From an uncultured Acidimicrobiia bacterium (lineage in GTDB: Bacteria > Actinomycetota > Acidimicrobiia > IMCC26256 > JAENVU01), in contig CAWDUD010000004.1 in NCBI GenBank assembly GCA_963805415.1, positions 9,803 to 73,802 on the forward strand: 64,000 bases of DNA. The letters run 5' to 3'. Below are positions 19,642 to 29,300 of the stretch, in pieces; positions within the stretch are counted from its first letter, which is position 1, and each line of letters begins with the position of its first letter. Below the pieces are notes generated by a model that worked only from the letters and a program-made list of their open reading frames with translations, did not search any database and had not been told where the DNA came from. The translations under genes and the position numbers were made by a program.

Positions 19642-20364
19642 TCAGAGGAGGCTGGCGCTGCGGAGCCGGCGCTCGGACTGGTACTCGAGGGCCGCGATGC
19701 CGAGGCGCTCGACCTCGGTGACGTGGACGCGATCCGGTGGCGACGCGATGGCAAGGTGCAGCTCGCCGCCGACCAGGCGACCCAGCAGGGCCAGTGCCTC
19801 CGGCGCGACCCGCCGTCCGCCGAGGCGCCCGCAGCTCGCGCACAGGACACCGCCGTCCCCGAGGTCGAAGGCGACGAAGGGACCCTCGTCGTCCCCGCAG
19901 CGGACACAGCCGTCGAGGTGGGGGTGGTAGCCCTCGAGCGACAGCAGCTTCCAGAAGAATCCCGGGGTGACGACGGGCGACGGCGTGGTCGCGAGCGCCC
20001 GCAGCGCCCCGACGAGCATCCGGTACAGGGCCGGTGCCGGCTCCCGCTCCTGCGCGACCTGGTCCACCGCCTCGAGCATCGACACCGCGTGCGTCAGCAG
20101 CCCGTAGTCCTCCCGCAGCGCCCGGTGGGCGTCGATCGACTCGACCTGGGTGACGACGTCGAGCTCTCGGCCCCGGTAGCACTGGATGGCCACGTGGCTC
20201 GTCGGCTCGAGCCGGGCACCGAACCGGGACCCGCTCTTGCGGACGCCCTTGGCCACCGCCCGGACCTTGCCGTGCCCCTGGGTCATCAGGCTGACGATGC
20301 GGTCGGCCTCGCCGAGCTTGATCGTCCGCAGGACGACGCCCTGATCGCGGTACAGCCCGGCCAT
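19642..20364 (-). CDS. recO: DNA repair protein RecO
   Basis: 240 aa. 'LYRDQGVVLRTIKLGEADRIVSLMTQGHGKVRAVAKGVRKSGSRFGARLEP' and the C-terminal Zn-finger-like 'CVRCG...CASCG'. Confidence 0.92.
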   Translation of the reverse strand: MAGLYRDQGVVLRTIKLGEADRIVSLMTQGHGKVRAVAKGVRKSGSRFGARLEPTSHVAIQCYRGRELDVVTQVESIDAHRALREDYGLLTHAVSMLEAVDQVAQEREPAPALYRMLVGALRALATTPSPVVTPGFFWKLLSLEGYHPHLDGCVRCGDDEGPFVAFDLGDGGVLCASCGRLGGRRVAPEALALLGRLVGGELHLAIASPPDRVHVTEVERLGIAALEYQSERRLRSASLL

Positions 20365-20403
20365 CCCGCGAGTGTACGGACCCTCCGGCCCGGATCGGTG
20401 CCG

Positions 20404-21057
20404 TCAGCGGGCGGTCCAGAGCGGCGACGCGACGTCGTGGACGCGCACCTCCCGGCCGTGCACCACGACCTCGCGGAACTGGTAGAGCATCGCCGCGGTC
20501 GGCGGGTTGATCCACTCGCCGCCCACGGGCATCCGCAGCACCCGGCCGTCGACGCCCTCCAGCGTGATCCAGCGCGGCGCCTCCGGGTGGTCGAGCTCCG
20601 CGACCGGTCGGATCCAGGCGTCGTGCACCTCGGCCGGGTCGGGCGTCAGCACCACCGCGCCACCCGCCCACAGCACGACCGGCGTCACGATCCCGCCCGC
20701 GCGCGTCGGATGGTCGTCGAGGGCCCCGATCACCGTCTCCGGGCCGAGCACCACCCCGAGCTCCTCGGCCAGCTCCCGGCGGGCGGCGTCGGCCACCGAC
20801 TCCCCCGGCTCGAGCCGGCCACCCGGAAGGGCGTACTGGCCGGGGTTGCGCCGCAGGTCCAGGGCCCGCCGCAGGAAGAGGTACCCGACCGCGCCGTCGG
20901 CTTCGACGAGCGCGATCGCCGTCGCCGCCTGCCGATCCGGCTCGGCGATGGTCCGGCGCGCGAACCGGGCGAGGTTCGCACGCCACCGGTCCCGCACCGC
21001 GTCCGAGTACCGGTACGGCTCGCTCACGCGGACCCGGAGCTCATTCGGAGTCCACAC
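20404..21057 (-). CDS. NUDIX hydrolase (CoA-pyrophosphatase-like)
   Basis: NUDIX box 'LPGGRLEPGESVADAARRELAEELG'. The GTG start at 21057 lies in the left copy of the 44-bp duplication. Confidence 0.8.
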   Translation of the reverse strand: MWTPNELRVRVSEPYRYSDAVRDRWRANLARFARRTIAEPDRQAATAIALVEADGAVGYLFLRRALDLRRNPGQYALPGGRLEPGESVADAARRELAEELGVVLGPETVIGALDDHPTRAGGIVTPVVLWAGGAVVLTPDPAEVHDAWIRPVAELDHPEAPRWITLEGVDGRVLRMPVGGEWINPPTAAMLYQFREVVVHGREVRVHDVASPLWTAR

Positions 21058-21154
21058 CCCCGAAGCGTCGCTCCCGGCGCCCTCCCCTGCCGCAGCGACG
21101 CCCTCGCCGGGAGCTCATTCGGAGTCCACACCCCCGAAGCGTCGCTCCCGGCGC
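21036..21154. repeat. Direct duplication of about 44-45 bp (21036/7-21080 and 21110/1-21154) with a 30-bp spacer
   Basis: GAGCTCATTCGGAGTCCACACCCCCGAAGCGTCGCTCCCGGCGC occurs twice at a 74-nt offset. It duplicates the uppS 3' end ('[12 protein letters not shown]') and the overlapping NUDIX start. Confidence 0.85.
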
Positions 21155-21844
21155 TGAAACTCGCGGACGGCGTCGAAGAGGTGCGTCCGGCGGAAGTCGG
21201 GCCAGAGCACGTCGGTGAAGAGGTACTCGGAGTACGCGCTCTCCCACAGCAGGTAGTTCGAGATGCGGAACTCCCCCGAGGTGCGCACGACGAGATCGGG
21301 ATCGGGCATGTCGGGCGCGTACAGGTGCTTCGCGATCGTCTTGTCCGAGATGTCGCCGGCCCGCAGCCGCCCGGCCGCGACCTCCGCACCGATCGCGGAC
21401 CGCGTCGGTCAGCTCGGCGCGGCCGCCGTAGTTGAACGCGAACGTGAGGGTCATGCGCCGGTTCTTCGCCGTCAACGCCTCGGTGTCGGTGATGTGACGC
21501 AGCACCCGCTTGGGCACCCGACCGCCCCGCCGACCGATGAAGCGGACCCGCACGCCGCGCTCGTTCAGGTCGTCGCGCCGCCGCAGCAGCAACGACTCGT
21601 TGAACCGCATGAGGAACCGGACCTCGTCGAGCGGTCGGCGCCAGTTCTCGGTCGAGAAGGCGTACACCGTCATCCAGCGCAGGCCGAGCTCGAGGCCACC
21701 CTCGACGGTGTCGAACAGCGCTTCCTCACCCGCGGCGTGGCCGTCGGTGCGCTTCAGACCCCGTTGCTGGGCCCACCGGCCGTTCCCGTCCATGACCAGC
21801 GCGATGTGGCGCGGCACGTGGGCGAGATCGAGACCGGGGATCAC
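21115..21844 (-). CDS. uppS: Isoprenyl/undecaprenyl diphosphate synthase (apparent frame break near 21397)
   Basis: N-terminal part '[30 protein letters not shown]...[11 protein letters not shown]'. C-terminal part '[39 protein letters not shown]'. The two frames join if one base is removed after '[13 protein letters not shown]'. Confidence 0.88.
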
Positions 21845-21864
21845 GGCTGCAAGCTAGCGGGCGC

Positions 21865-22245
21865 TCACTTGACGGTCAGCGTGCCCTCCATCCCGGCGGT
21901 CCGGTGACCGGGGATGTCGCAGTAGAAGGTGTACTTGCCCGGCTCGAGCTTCACCTTGCCGGTCGCGGTCTTGCCGTTCGTCGTCTCGAGCTGGAACCCG
22001 GGCACGCCCTCGATGACGAACGAGTGCAGGTTGTCGGTGCTCGTGAGGTCCACCTGGAGGATGCCGGCGGGCGCGGTGACGTCGCGCGGGGTGAACTCGA
22101 AGTTCTTCGCCGAGATGTCGAGCGTCTTGACCGGCGGTCCCTTGGGCTCGACGTAGGCGTCGCCACCGCCGCTGCTCCCGCAACCGACGAGGACCGCCGC
22201 CAGCACCGCACCGCAGCCGAGGACCCTGAGTGATCGACGAGCCAT
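21865..22245 (-). CDS. Cupredoxin (type-1 copper) lipoprotein
   Basis: ATG 22245 overlaps the upstream stop (ATGA). Lipobox 'LVGCGSS'. Copper ligand pattern 'NLHSF ... YCDIPGHRTAGM'. Confidence 0.75.
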   Translation of the reverse strand: MARRSLRVLGCGAVLAAVLVGCGSSGGGDAYVEPKGPPVKTLDISAKNFEFTPRDVTAPAGILQVDLTSTDNLHSFVIEGVPGFQLETTNGKTATGKVKLEPGKYTFYCDIPGHRTAGMEGTLTVK

Positions 22246-23099
22246 CAGTTGCCGAGCTGGTTGCCGGACTGCGAGGAGCTGTCCACCTGTGACGTGCCCG
22301 ACGGCGCCGTGGTCGTCGGCGTCCCCGGGAGCGTCGTCGTCGGGGTCTGGGTCCCGGCCTCGGGTGCGCCGCCCGGCGCACCCACCGTGATCGTCGCCTC
22401 CATGCCCGCGGCGCGGTGGCCGGGCAGCGTGCAGTAGATCGTGTACTTCTGGCCCTGGACGGCGTCGATCTTGGTCGTGTCCTTGCCCCCCGGCACCGAG
22501 AGCCCGACGTAGGAGAACTGCGGCTCGTCGAACGCGAGCGTGTGGGAGCCCTCGAGACTCATGTACTTGATCTGGAGGATCCCCGCGGGGACGTCGAAGT
22601 TCTTGGCCTGGAACTGGAAGTTCGAGGCGTCGACCTGGAGGTTGTTGTCGGCCTTGCCGGGCGGCTCGGCGGAGACCTCGGTCTTGCTCTCGGAGGCACC
22701 GAGCACGAGCGAGCCCGACAGGAGGATGATCCCGGTGATCGCGCACATCGTGAGCACGAGCGAGGAGGTCCGGAGCTTCGGGATCGCGGCGACGACCGAG
22801 GCGCCGACGAGCACGCTGAGCGTGAGGATCACCCCGATGACCACGGCGGGGCTCTTGCCGTTCTCCGACGCCGCCAGGAAGATCCGCGAGATGTTGATGG
22901 TGAAGAGCGCCACCGTCAGGATCGCGCCGATCGGGATCAGGAACGGCAACCAGATCCGGTCCTTGCGGCGGGCGACCTCGACCGGCTCGCCGACCGGTGC
23001 CAGCGCGCCGGGCCGCTCGGCCACCGCGACCGTGGTCGAGGTGCCGCCACCGTCGCCGACGGGCTCGATCTCCGGGCCCGGGGGGTTCTCCTCAGCCAT
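22245..23099 (-). CDS. Polytopic membrane protein with C-terminal cupredoxin domain
   Basis: 284 aa, three TM helices, then 'GSHTLAF ... YCTLPGHRAAGM' and a Thr/Pro-rich tail. Confidence 0.7.
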   Translation of the reverse strand: MAEENPPGPEIEPVGDGGGTSTTVAVAERPGALAPVGEPVEVARRKDRIWLPFLIPIGAILTVALFTINISRIFLAASENGKSPAVVIGVILTLSVLVGASVVAAIPKLRTSSLVLTMCAITGIILLSGSLVLGASESKTEVSAEPPGKADNNLQVDASNFQFQAKNFDVPAGILQIKYMSLEGSHTLAFDEPQFSYVGLSVPGGKDTTKIDAVQGQKYTIYCTLPGHRAAGMEATITVGAPGGAPEAGTQTPTTTLPGTPTTTAPSGTSQVDSSSQSGNQLGN

Positions 23100-23942
23100 C
23101 TATGCCTTCACCTCGGTGAGCTGGGGTTCGAAGCCTTCGACTCCGACCCGGGGCAGTGGATCCTCGTTCGCCACCCAACGGAAGAAGATCACGGCGATCA
23201 GAACCGAGAGCAGAAGACCCGCACCGATCTTCATGATCAGTCCGGCGATCAGCTGATCGTCCAGCGCCGAGAGCCCCCACAGCTTCGGAAGCGACTCGTA
23301 CCGACGATACAGGGGGTGGCTCCCGAAGGTGAGAAACGAGGCCGGCACCGTGGGCACGATCGTCTGGAGGAACAGGAAGACCATCCGGGCGATGGGCCGG
23401 AGCCTCGGGATCTCGGGAAGGGGGGACAGGATCGGCATCCAGATGACGAACGCGGAGAGCAGCAGGAGCGTGTGGGCCAGGAAGTGCGCGAAGCCGTTGC
23501 GCAGCGTCAGGTCCACGAAGGCGGGCCAGTGGGTCAGCACGATCACCACGTTGAAGGTGACGATGGCCGGAACGAACCGGGAGAGGGCCCGGACGGTGCG
23601 GAACAGCCAGCGGGGCCGGAGCACGTAGCGCGCCAGCCAGGCCGGGGTGCCGAGGAGCAGCAGCGGTGCAGCCACCATCGTGTACGTGAGGTGCTGCACC
23701 ATGTGGATGCTGTAGAGGTAGCCCTCGGCCACGTCGTGGATCGGCCACTCGGACGCCAGGAAGATGGCGAGGAGCCCGAGGGTGAAGCACGTGGTCTGGA
23801 ACGGCGTCGAGACCGGCTCGCCCGGCGTGGCCAGCTCGGGCCCGAGGCGGACGAGCGCGGTGATGTAGCCGACGGCCATGAGGCCGACGACGAGGATGAC
23901 GTCGGCGTGCGGGGTGAACGCGGGGAGGCTCGCCGCCGGCAT
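23100..23942 (-). CDS. ctaG: Cytochrome c oxidase assembly factor CtaG (caa3/Bacillus type)
   Basis: 280 aa, multi-TM. 'YLYSIHMVQHLTYTMVAAPLLLLG' and 'HFLAHTLLLLSAFVIWMPIL'. Located immediately downstream of ctaF. Confidence 0.75.
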   Translation of the reverse strand: MPAASLPAFTPHADVILVVGLMAVGYITALVRLGPELATPGEPVSTPFQTTCFTLGLLAIFLASEWPIHDVAEGYLYSIHMVQHLTYTMVAAPLLLLGTPAWLARYVLRPRWLFRTVRALSRFVPAIVTFNVVIVLTHWPAFVDLTLRNGFAHFLAHTLLLLSAFVIWMPILSPLPEIPRLRPIARMVFLFLQTIVPTVPASFLTFGSHPLYRRYESLPKLWGLSALDDQLIAGLIMKIGAGLLLSVLIAVIFFRWVANEDPLPRVGVEGFEPQLTEVKA

Positions 23943-23948
23943 CGAGCG

Positions 23949-24365
23949 CTACTCGAAGACGTGCAGGGTGGCGAGCACGATCGCGTACAGCGAGAGCGCA
24001 CCGATCGCGCCCACCATGAAGAACCGCCGGAAGATCAGCCGGTCGGTGCGAAGGTGCATGTACCAGGCGACGACGGTCACGAACTTGATGAGCGCCATCG
24101 TCAGGAGGATCGCGACGTAGAGGCCCCTCGGAACGTCGCTCTCGAGGTAGTACATGCCGACCTCGAGCGCGGTGATCACGCACAGGACCACCGCGATCGT
24201 CACGTACTGGAACGGTGACGGGTGTGGCCGCACCTCTCCCGGGAGCATGGGCAGCTCGTCGGAGCTGATCGCCGACATGCCGTGGGCGGATTCCGCCGCC
24301 CGCTCCTCCGGTGTCCCCGGCAGCAGTGCCGGGTCGTCCTCGGTGGCGATGGTCTCGTCAGTCAT
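23949..24365 (-). CDS. ctaF: Cytochrome c oxidase subunit IV-like small membrane protein
   Basis: 138 aa. Three TM helices ('YVTIAVVLCVITALEVGMYY', 'LYVAILLTMALIKFVTVVAWYMHL'). Position is between ctaE and ctaG. Confidence 0.7.
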   Translation of the reverse strand: MTDETIATEDDPALLPGTPEERAAESAHGMSAISSDELPMLPGEVRPHPSPFQYVTIAVVLCVITALEVGMYYLESDVPRGLYVAILLTMALIKFVTVVAWYMHLRTDRLIFRRFFMVGAIGALSLYAIVLATLHVFE

Positions 24366-24374
24366 GTTCCGTCC

Positions 24375-25007
24375 CTACGGGATGAGGTAGATGACCGTGA
24401 AGATCACGATCCAGACGATGTCCACGAAGTGCCAGTACAAGCCGGCCATCTCGACCCGCTCGGCGTGCTGGACGTGCAGCCGGTTCTGCGTCGACAGCCC
24501 CCAGAGCGACAGCAGCCAGATGATGCCGACGGTGACGTGCGCGCCGTGCAGACCGGTCAGGACGAAGAAGCTCGACCCGAACACGCTCGTCTTGAGCGCC
24601 AGCCCTTCACGGTAGAACTCGGTGAACTCGTAGATCTGACCGCTGATGAAGATCATCCCGAACAGCGCGGTCGCGAGGATCCAGACCCGGAAGCGGCGGT
24701 GGTCGCCGCGCTGGATCGCGGCGAGCGCCAGCACCATGGTGAGCGAGCTCATCAGCAGGATGAACGACGTCACCGAGGTGAACGGGATGTTGTAGACGTC
24801 CTTCGGCTGCGGCGTGCTGGCCGGGCTGCGGCCGCGGTAGAGCAGATAGGTGGAGATGAAGGCACCGAAGAAGATGCACTCCGACGACAGGAACACCCAC
24901 ATCGCGAGCTTGACGTTGGTGGTGCCGGTGCTCGTGTCCGCGTGTCCGTGCGCGTCGGCGTGGGAATCGACGTCCTCGGTGGGAGCGGGAACCGTTGCCT
25001 GGGCCAT
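24375..25007 (-). CDS. ctaE: Cytochrome c oxidase subunit III
   Basis: 210 aa. 'FFGAFISTYLLYR', 'SSFFVLTGLHGAHVTVGIIWL', 'YWHFVDIVWIVIF'. Confidence 0.92.
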   Translation of the reverse strand: MAQATVPAPTEDVDSHADAHGHADTSTGTTNVKLAMWVFLSSECIFFGAFISTYLLYRGRSPASTPQPKDVYNIPFTSVTSFILLMSSLTMVLALAAIQRGDHRRFRVWILATALFGMIFISGQIYEFTEFYREGLALKTSVFGSSFFVLTGLHGAHVTVGIIWLLSLWGLSTQNRLHVQHAERVEMAGLYWHFVDIVWIVIFTVIYLIP

Positions 25008-25010
25008 CGA

Positions 25011-26235
25011 TCAGTCCTCCGCCGTGCCGGGCTCGATCGTCCACGCGTAGACGCCGAAGAGCAGCACGATCACGCCCGGGATCGCGAGCCACGGGATCTT
25101 GAACACCGCGGCGTACCCGAGGATCGGCAGGCCCAGGGCGAGGATCAACGGGTAGAACGAGGGCGACGGCAGGTGGATGCCGTGACCGTCGGCGGCGGCG
25201 TGCGACGTCCCGTCGTCGGCGCCACCGGCAGGGAGGCGCACCAGACGGCCCTCCTCGTCCTCGGTGTACTTGCGGTGCCAGAAGTCGTCCGCGGCGTGGA
25301 CCTCGGGGATCTCCGCGAAGTTGTACTCCGGAACCGGTGAGGGGATGGACCACTCCAGCGTGCGACCGTCCCACGGGTCCGCGCTCGCCACCTCACCGTT
25401 CCTCGTCGTCTTGATCACGTTCACGAGGAACACGAGGACCGACAGGGCGATCGTGAAGCCGCCGATCGTCGCGACCAGGTTCAGGTTGTCCCAACCCATC
25501 CCGGCGGCGTAGCGGTAGGTCCGGCGGGGCTGGCCCTCGAGACCGAGGATGTGCATCGGGAAGAACGTGAGGTTGAAGCCGATGAGCATCAGCCAGAAGT
25601 TCACCTTGCCGATGCGGTCGTCGAGCATCCGCCCGAACATCTTCGGCCACCAGTAGTAGAAGCCGCCGAAGATCGCGAACACGAGCCCACCGAACAGCAC
25701 GTAGTGGAAGTGCGCGACGACGTAGTACGTGTCGGTCTGCTGGGTGTCCGCCGGCACGATCGAGTGCGTGACACCGGACAGCCCGCCGATGGTGAACATC
25801 GCGATGAACCCGAGCGCGAACAGCATCGGCGCGTTGAGGCGGAGCGATCCGCCCCACACCGTGCCGAGCCAGTTGAAGATCTTCACGCCGGTCGGGATCG
25901 CGATGAGCATCGTCGAGAGGCCGAATGCGGTCGTCGCGACGGGTCCGAGCCCGGTGGCGAACATGTGGTGCGCCCACACACCCCATCCCAGGAAGCCGAT
26001 CGCGATGCCGGAGAAGATCACGACCGAACGACCGAAGAGCGGCTTGCCGCGACATCACCGGGAGGATCTCGGAGACGATGCCCATGCCCGGCAGGATCAG
26101 GATGTAGACCTCCGGGTGGCCGAACAGCCAGAAGAGATGCTGGTACAGCAGCGGATCACCGCCCGCGGCCACGACGAAGAAGTTCGTCGAGAAGTTGCGG
26201 TCGAAGAAGACCATGATCAGCGCGGCGGTCATCAC
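25011..26235 (-). pseudogene. ctaD: ctaD, C-terminal two-thirds (separated from its N-terminal part; extra frame break near 26046)
   Basis: '(V)[55 protein letters not shown]' then, after a 1-nt shift, '[32 protein letters not shown]...[14 protein letters not shown]'. Confidence 0.9.
26213..26231. repeat. Left copy of the 19-bp direct repeat ATGATCAGCGCGGCGGTCA
   Basis: Identical string at 47940-47958 in the same orientation. It lies exactly where the two ctaD halves break. Confidence 0.95.
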
Positions 26236-26358
26236 GACGCGGAACGGAGGTACGCTCCATCATCCCGCATCACATTTGTGGAACAACCTACGACAAGCGA
26301 CACTATGAGGTGGGCGCGCGGGCACGACCACGAAATGTGCATTGACAAAGGGGTGGGA

Positions 26359-29300
26359 ATGCACGGGCAAGGTGAGATCCCGGAGGTCCAGAGCATCCCG
26401 GGGGGGCAGTCCGGACCGCTGAACCGGCTGATAGAGCGCCCCGAACTGCTGAACGAAATCGTGCGTGTACTGCGCGCTCGCCCGGGCATGGTGGCGGTGA
26501 CGGGGCCCGGCGGCGCGGGGAAATCCACCTTGGCCGCGCAGGCATGCAGGGATCACCGGGTGCGGAGGCACTATCGCGACGGCATCGTCTGGCTCGGGGC
26601 CAGGCCGGGGCAGGACCCAGTGGAGCTGCTGGCCACCGTGGCCGACCGCCTCGGGATGCCCCACGAGGCGAGCTGCTTCGCGACAGTCGAGCAGGGCCGC
26701 GAACTACTCAAGCCGATGCTGCTGGGCAAACGGCTGCTGATTGCGGTGGAGAACGTATCTGAGCGCCCGCTACTCGATATCTTCCGAGACCTGATACCCG
26801 CGGGTACGGTATTGTTCACCACCCGGCTGCCAGAACTGGCAGAGGCGGTCAAGGCCACCGATATTCACGTAGACAGCCTGCCCCAGGAGCAGTCGCTGGA
26901 ACTGCTTGGCCGCTGGACTGGCCAGGATCCGGCGACGCTTCCGCAGGAAGCCGAGATTCTGTGCGCTCGATCCGGCAATCTGCCACTATGTGTAGCGCTA
27001 GCGGGCGGGATGGTAGCCAGCGGCCTATCAGCCATGGTGACACTAGACTCGATTAGCGAATTTCCCGGCCAGCAAGATGCCGAATGGGACTCGGCATCTC
27101 GCGCGAGGGCATTGCGCTACGTGATCGAGGCCAGCATTGAAGCCCTGCCCAAGACCGCGCAGACCCGATATGAGCAGCTGGCCGTTTTCTCCGGACGCGG
27201 CCCGTTCACTCTCGAGGCCGCGCAAGCGCTGTGGCATGGCGATCTGGACGACAGCGCAACGCATCGTTTGCTGGCCGAGTTTGTCGACCGGGCCCTGCTC
27301 GCCGTACGGGGCGCCGACTGGTATGCGCTACACGACCTGCAATGCGAAGTGCTCGAGGACCGGCTCAGCGACGACGGGCTGGCCGCCGCGCACGCTCAGC
27401 TGCTGGACGGATATCGCATGCGCTATCCAGAGGGCTGGGCCGAGTCTGCCGCCGACCCTTACCTAGCCTGCAACCTGGTCGGTCATTTGCATGACGCGCG
27501 TCTCGGCGGCGAACTGCGCGCTGTGCTGACCGACACGGAATGGATCCAGGGCCGCCTGACACTAGCGCCTGCCTATGAGCTTATTCACGATTACCGGTAT
27601 GCCGCCGACCCGCTCACCCGCCAGATCATGCGGGCCCTGCGCTTGTCGGCCACGTCACTGGTGGCCAGTCCGGCGCTGATCCGGTCTCATCTCGCCAGCA
27701 GCTTGCTGAATCATCCAGATCCCGGCGTCGCAGCCTGGGCTGCTGGCCTCACCGACCGTACCGACGTCCCGCCGAGCTACTGGCTGGCGCCGGTGATCCG
27801 CGCGGTCACCACGCCGGTCAACCCGCTCAAGCAGATCTTCACCGGTCACACGGGCCAGGTTCGCACGGTCGCGGTCAGCGGGGATGGTACCCGCGTGGTA
27901 AGCGGAAGCGACGACAGTACGGTCCGCGTCTGGACCCGGCCACCGGCCGCCAGGACACTACGCTCACCGGCCACACCGATTGGGTGCGGGCGACCGCGGT
28001 CAGCGGGGACGGCGCCCGCGTGGTAAGCGGAAGCGACGACAGTACGGTCCGCGTCTGGGACGCGGCCGCCGGCCGGGAGGAGGCGGTCCTCACCGGCCAT
28101 GACGGCGAGGTCTCCTCGGTGGCGCTCACCCCGGACGGCGCCCTGGCGGTCAGCGGCGGGAGCGACCGGACCGTTCGGGTCTGGGACCTGGCCACCAGCG
28201 CCGAGCGGGCCGTCCTGGCCGGCCACGCTGGCCCGGTGTGGTCGGTAGCCATCACCCCGGACGGCGCCCTGGCGGTCAGCGGAAGCGGTGACGGCACCGT
28301 GCGGGTCTGGGACCTGGCCGCCGGGCGGGAGGAGGCCGTTCTCACCGGCCATGCCGGCGAGGTCTTCTCGGTGGCGCTCACCCCGGACGGCACCCTGGCG
28401 GTCAGCGGAAGCGGTGACGGCACCGTGCGGGTCTGGGACGTGCCCGCCGGTGAGCAGAAGGCTATCCTCACCGGTCACACCGGCTGGGTTCGAGCGGTTA
28501 TGGTGGCCGCGGACGGGACCCTTGCCATCAGCGGCGGTGAGGACGCGTCGGTGCGGGTCTGGGACCTGGCCGCCGGGCGGGAGGAGGCGGTCCTCACCGG
28601 CCATGCCGGCGAGGTCTTCTCGGTGGCCATCACCCCGGACGGCACCCGCGCCTTCAGCGGAAGCGGCGACGAGACACTGCGGGAGTGGGACCCGACGGCC
28701 AACCGCGGGGAGGCCGCCGACACGGGCTGGATTTTCGCGGCAGCGGTCAGCCGAGATGGCGCCCGAGCGGTCACTGGCGGACGGGACGGAATGGTCCGCG
28801 TCTGGGACCTGGTCACCGGCCGGGAGGAAGCCGTCCTCACCGGCCACTCTCGCCCCATCTTCTCGGTGGCGCTCACCCCGGACGGCGCCCTGGCGGTCAG
28901 CGGCGGGAGCGACCGGACCGTTCGGGTCTGGGACCTGGCCACCGGCGCCGAGCGGGCCGTCCTGGCCGGCCACCCCGGCCCGGTGTGGTCGGTAGCCATC
29001 ACCCCGGACGGCGCCCTGGCGGTCAGCGGAAGCGGTGACGGCACCGTGCGAGTCTGGGACCTGGCCGCCGGCCGGGAGGAGGCGGTCCTCACCGGCCATG
29101 ACGGCGAGGTCTTCTCGATGGCCATCACCCCGGACGGCGCCCTGGCGGTCAGCGGCGGGAGCGACCGGACCGTTCGGGTCTGGGACCTGGCCACCGGCGC
29201 CGAGCGGGCCGTCCTGGCCGGCCACCCCGGCCCGGTGTGGTCAGTAGCCATCACCCCGGACAAGACCCTCGCCATCAGCGGCGGTAAGGACGCGTCGGTG

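Noticed and set aside
12345-21844. Calling dgt and uppS (and hemW, holA elsewhere) true pseudogenes
   Set aside because: These are conserved, normally essential single-copy genes. Each is restored by a single-base change, several of them at homopolymer runs, so consensus error is more likely.
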